A stretch of DNA of 64,000 nt from an uncultured bacterium. GTDB lineage: Bacteria > Verrucomicrobiota > Verrucomicrobiia > Verrucomicrobiales > DEV007. Below are positions 62,544 through 64,000 of the stretch, one piece after another. Position 1 is the first letter of the stretch, and every line of letters starts with the position of its first letter. The notes under the pieces are model-generated. The model made no database searches, was not told the origin of the DNA, and worked only from the letters and a program-made list of their open reading frames with translations. The stretch covers positions 256,001 through 320,000 of the forward strand of contig CAXBMO010000001.1 in assembly GCA_963977015.1 (NCBI GenBank). Reading direction: 5' to 3'. The position numbers and the translations under genes are program-made.

Positions 62544-63231
62544 TTGATGTGTAGGTGTGTGGATAGAGTCCGAGCGTTTGGCTCAGTGAGGTGAAGATGG
62601 ATTCGTAAAAGGTCTTGTCGCGCCAGTCGGAGCGCAGGAACTCAACGCCGGTGTAGGGGCTCCCAAAGAAGGGGCGCAGATTCCAGGAAAGCTGGGCCCC
62701 GACAAAGAGATTGCCGGCCAGCCAGATGACCAGCGTTTGGCGGGCTGTCGTCAGGTTCCCGATCCTGGATTGAAGAATGCGGTAGAGTTTGTGATTGGCG
62801 AGGAGGCCCGCGTAGGCGATCACGCCGGTGTGGATGTGAACCTGCGAGCGATAGGATTCGAACTTCAGTTCGTCGGTCCAACCGGGCATCTCGAATGCGA
62901 GGAGGAAGGCGATGGGACTGAGCGAACCCAGAAGCAGCGAAAAAATCAGAAAGCTGGTTAGCTGACTCTTGAACGAGTCCGCAAAGCTCAGGCCCGAGCC
63001 AATCAGTTGCCCCAGAATGCCGTTCATCAGTCCCGTGCCGCAGAGTGTCGCCAGAATGAGGAGCGGGAACTTTACCCCGACATAGAGCCCCATGTGTGGA
63101 GCGCGCCACGAACCGATTGCGAAGCCGTAGAGTCCGCATCCGAGCAAAATTCCGCTGATGCAGAGCCAGACCGGCACTTCCGTGTCGGGATCGCCGCGCA
63201 GGACGGCGGAAATGATCGATGGACGTTGCAT
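62530..63231 (-). CDS. Five-TM membrane protein (Yip1-like), paralog of neighbour
   Basis: Start MQRPSII; YG..IG, VKFPLL, SLSP, QLSWNLRPFFG, FY. Confidence 0.7.
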   Translation of the reverse strand: MQRPSIISAVLRGDPDTEVPVWLCISGILLGCGLYGFAIGSWRAPHMGLYVGVKFPLLILATLCGTGLMNGILGQLIGSGLSFADSFKSQLTSFLIFSLLLGSLSPIAFLLAFEMPGWTDELKFESYRSQVHIHTGVIAYAGLLANHKLYRILQSRIGNLTTARQTLVIWLAGNLFVGAQLSWNLRPFFGSPYTGVEFLRSDWRDKTFYESIFTSLSQTLGLYPHTYTSNDKS

Positions 63232-63235
63232 GGGC

Positions 63236-64000
63236 TTAGGATGTGGGTTGGATCGCCGTGACCGCCCACCAGGGACCGGAGGTTCTTCGCAGCGTCGCCG
63301 CCCAGAACCAGGCTGAGACCTCGCTCCAGATTTGGTCCGGCGAAGAAATGGCTTCGTCGACCCGAAAGCGGAGGTCGCCGGATTGGGCGATGAAGGTTCC
63401 GGGTTTCTCGGACTCAATGTCCCAACCCGCTGCGCGAAGGCATTCGGCGCTGGAATGCAGTTTGCGGGTCGGCCGCGATACCCAGCGGTAGATGACCTTG
63501 TTGGGGCCTGCCGAAAAGACTGCGACCCGGCCGGGGAATTGGCCCGCAAACGTGGACTCCTGTTCCGTCAACGGCATGGGCTCCAAATAGTGTCCGTTCC
63601 ACGTTTTGGGCCATCCAGGGAAGTCGGCGAGGCATGGCACGGTCGTTGATTGCGGGTTCAACATGGGAACCAAGGCGACTCCGAGGAACGCGATCGCGGC
63701 GAAATTTTGGTAGGGAAGCGCCGGGATAGCGCGTGCTTCCGCCGGCATGACGCTCATCGGCATCTTCTCCACCAACCTCATCAGGCACCACACGAGGATG
63801 GCAAATACCAGCAGCCCGATGCCGCTGTGGGTCCAACCAGGAAGTTGGACCATCTCCGATTCCTTGACAAAGAGAAGCGTCGCTCGAAGGGCGTTTCCCA
63901 CAACGATGAGTAGGAACCCGGCGCTGCCGCAAAGCAGGGTCGGTTTCCACGGGAAACGCTTCGCGGCGCAGAGCGACAGAGTGATCAGCATCCCAACCCA
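63236..64000 (-). CDS. Exosortase/archaeosortase family protein with fused C-terminal soluble domain (5' end beyond window)
   Basis: TM region with GNALR (catalytic Arg) and HSGIG (His); then FPGWP...FPGRVAVF...PTRKLHSSAECLRAAGW domain. Frame is open to the window edge; catalytic Cys not visible. Confidence 0.75.
   Translation of the reverse strand, partial: WVGMLITLSLCAAKRFPWKPTLLCGSAGFLLIVVGNALRATLLFVKESEMVQLPGWTHSGIGLLVFAILVWCLMRLVEKMPMSVMPAEARAIPALPYQNFAAIAFLGVALVPMLNPQSTTVPCLADFPGWPKTWNGHYLEPMPLTEQESTFAGQFPGRVAVFSAGPNKVIYRWVSRPTRKLHSSAECLRAAGWDIESEKPGTFIAQSGDLRFRVDEAISSPDQIWSEVSAWFWAATLRRTSGPWWAVTAIQPTS

Overview
A gene-dense, fairly GC-rich bacterial chromosomal segment, most likely Verrucomicrobiota (PVC superphylum). 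That call is an inference from the PVC-type small basic protein at 59769, a planctomycete-type cytochrome c/WD40 protein, ASPIC/UnbV and YHYH proteins, and a short ATP synthase delta subunit. Content, left to right: a lipoprotein MsrA cut by the window edge (absent from the ORF track); an iron-uptake cluster (imelysin, di-heme oxidoreductase, Fe3+ ABC transporter) with a shared palindromic operator; housekeeping genes (hisJ-like, apt, udg, trmO, nth, mnmA, pseudouridine synthase); a complete atpBEFHAGDC operon; a NamZ/NagZ peptidoglycan-recycling pair; a Gld-like ABC export operon; and an exosortase locus cut by the right edge. Most notable: (1) a divergent MreB-like protein with lost nucleotide-binding motifs, coupled to a soluble PAS histidine kinase; (2) a DUF455 di-iron ferritin-like domain fused to an ATP-grasp ligase; (3) two tandem secreted paralogs, each with six Sm/Hfq-like modules; (4) an apparently catalytically dead glycogen-debranching homolog; (5) a small accessory islet at 17.4-19.0 kb sitting at a local strand-skew inversion; (6) repeated leaderless promoter geometry. 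I saw no rRNA, tRNA, CRISPR array, IS or prophage. All family calls come from motif recognition by eye; no searches were run.
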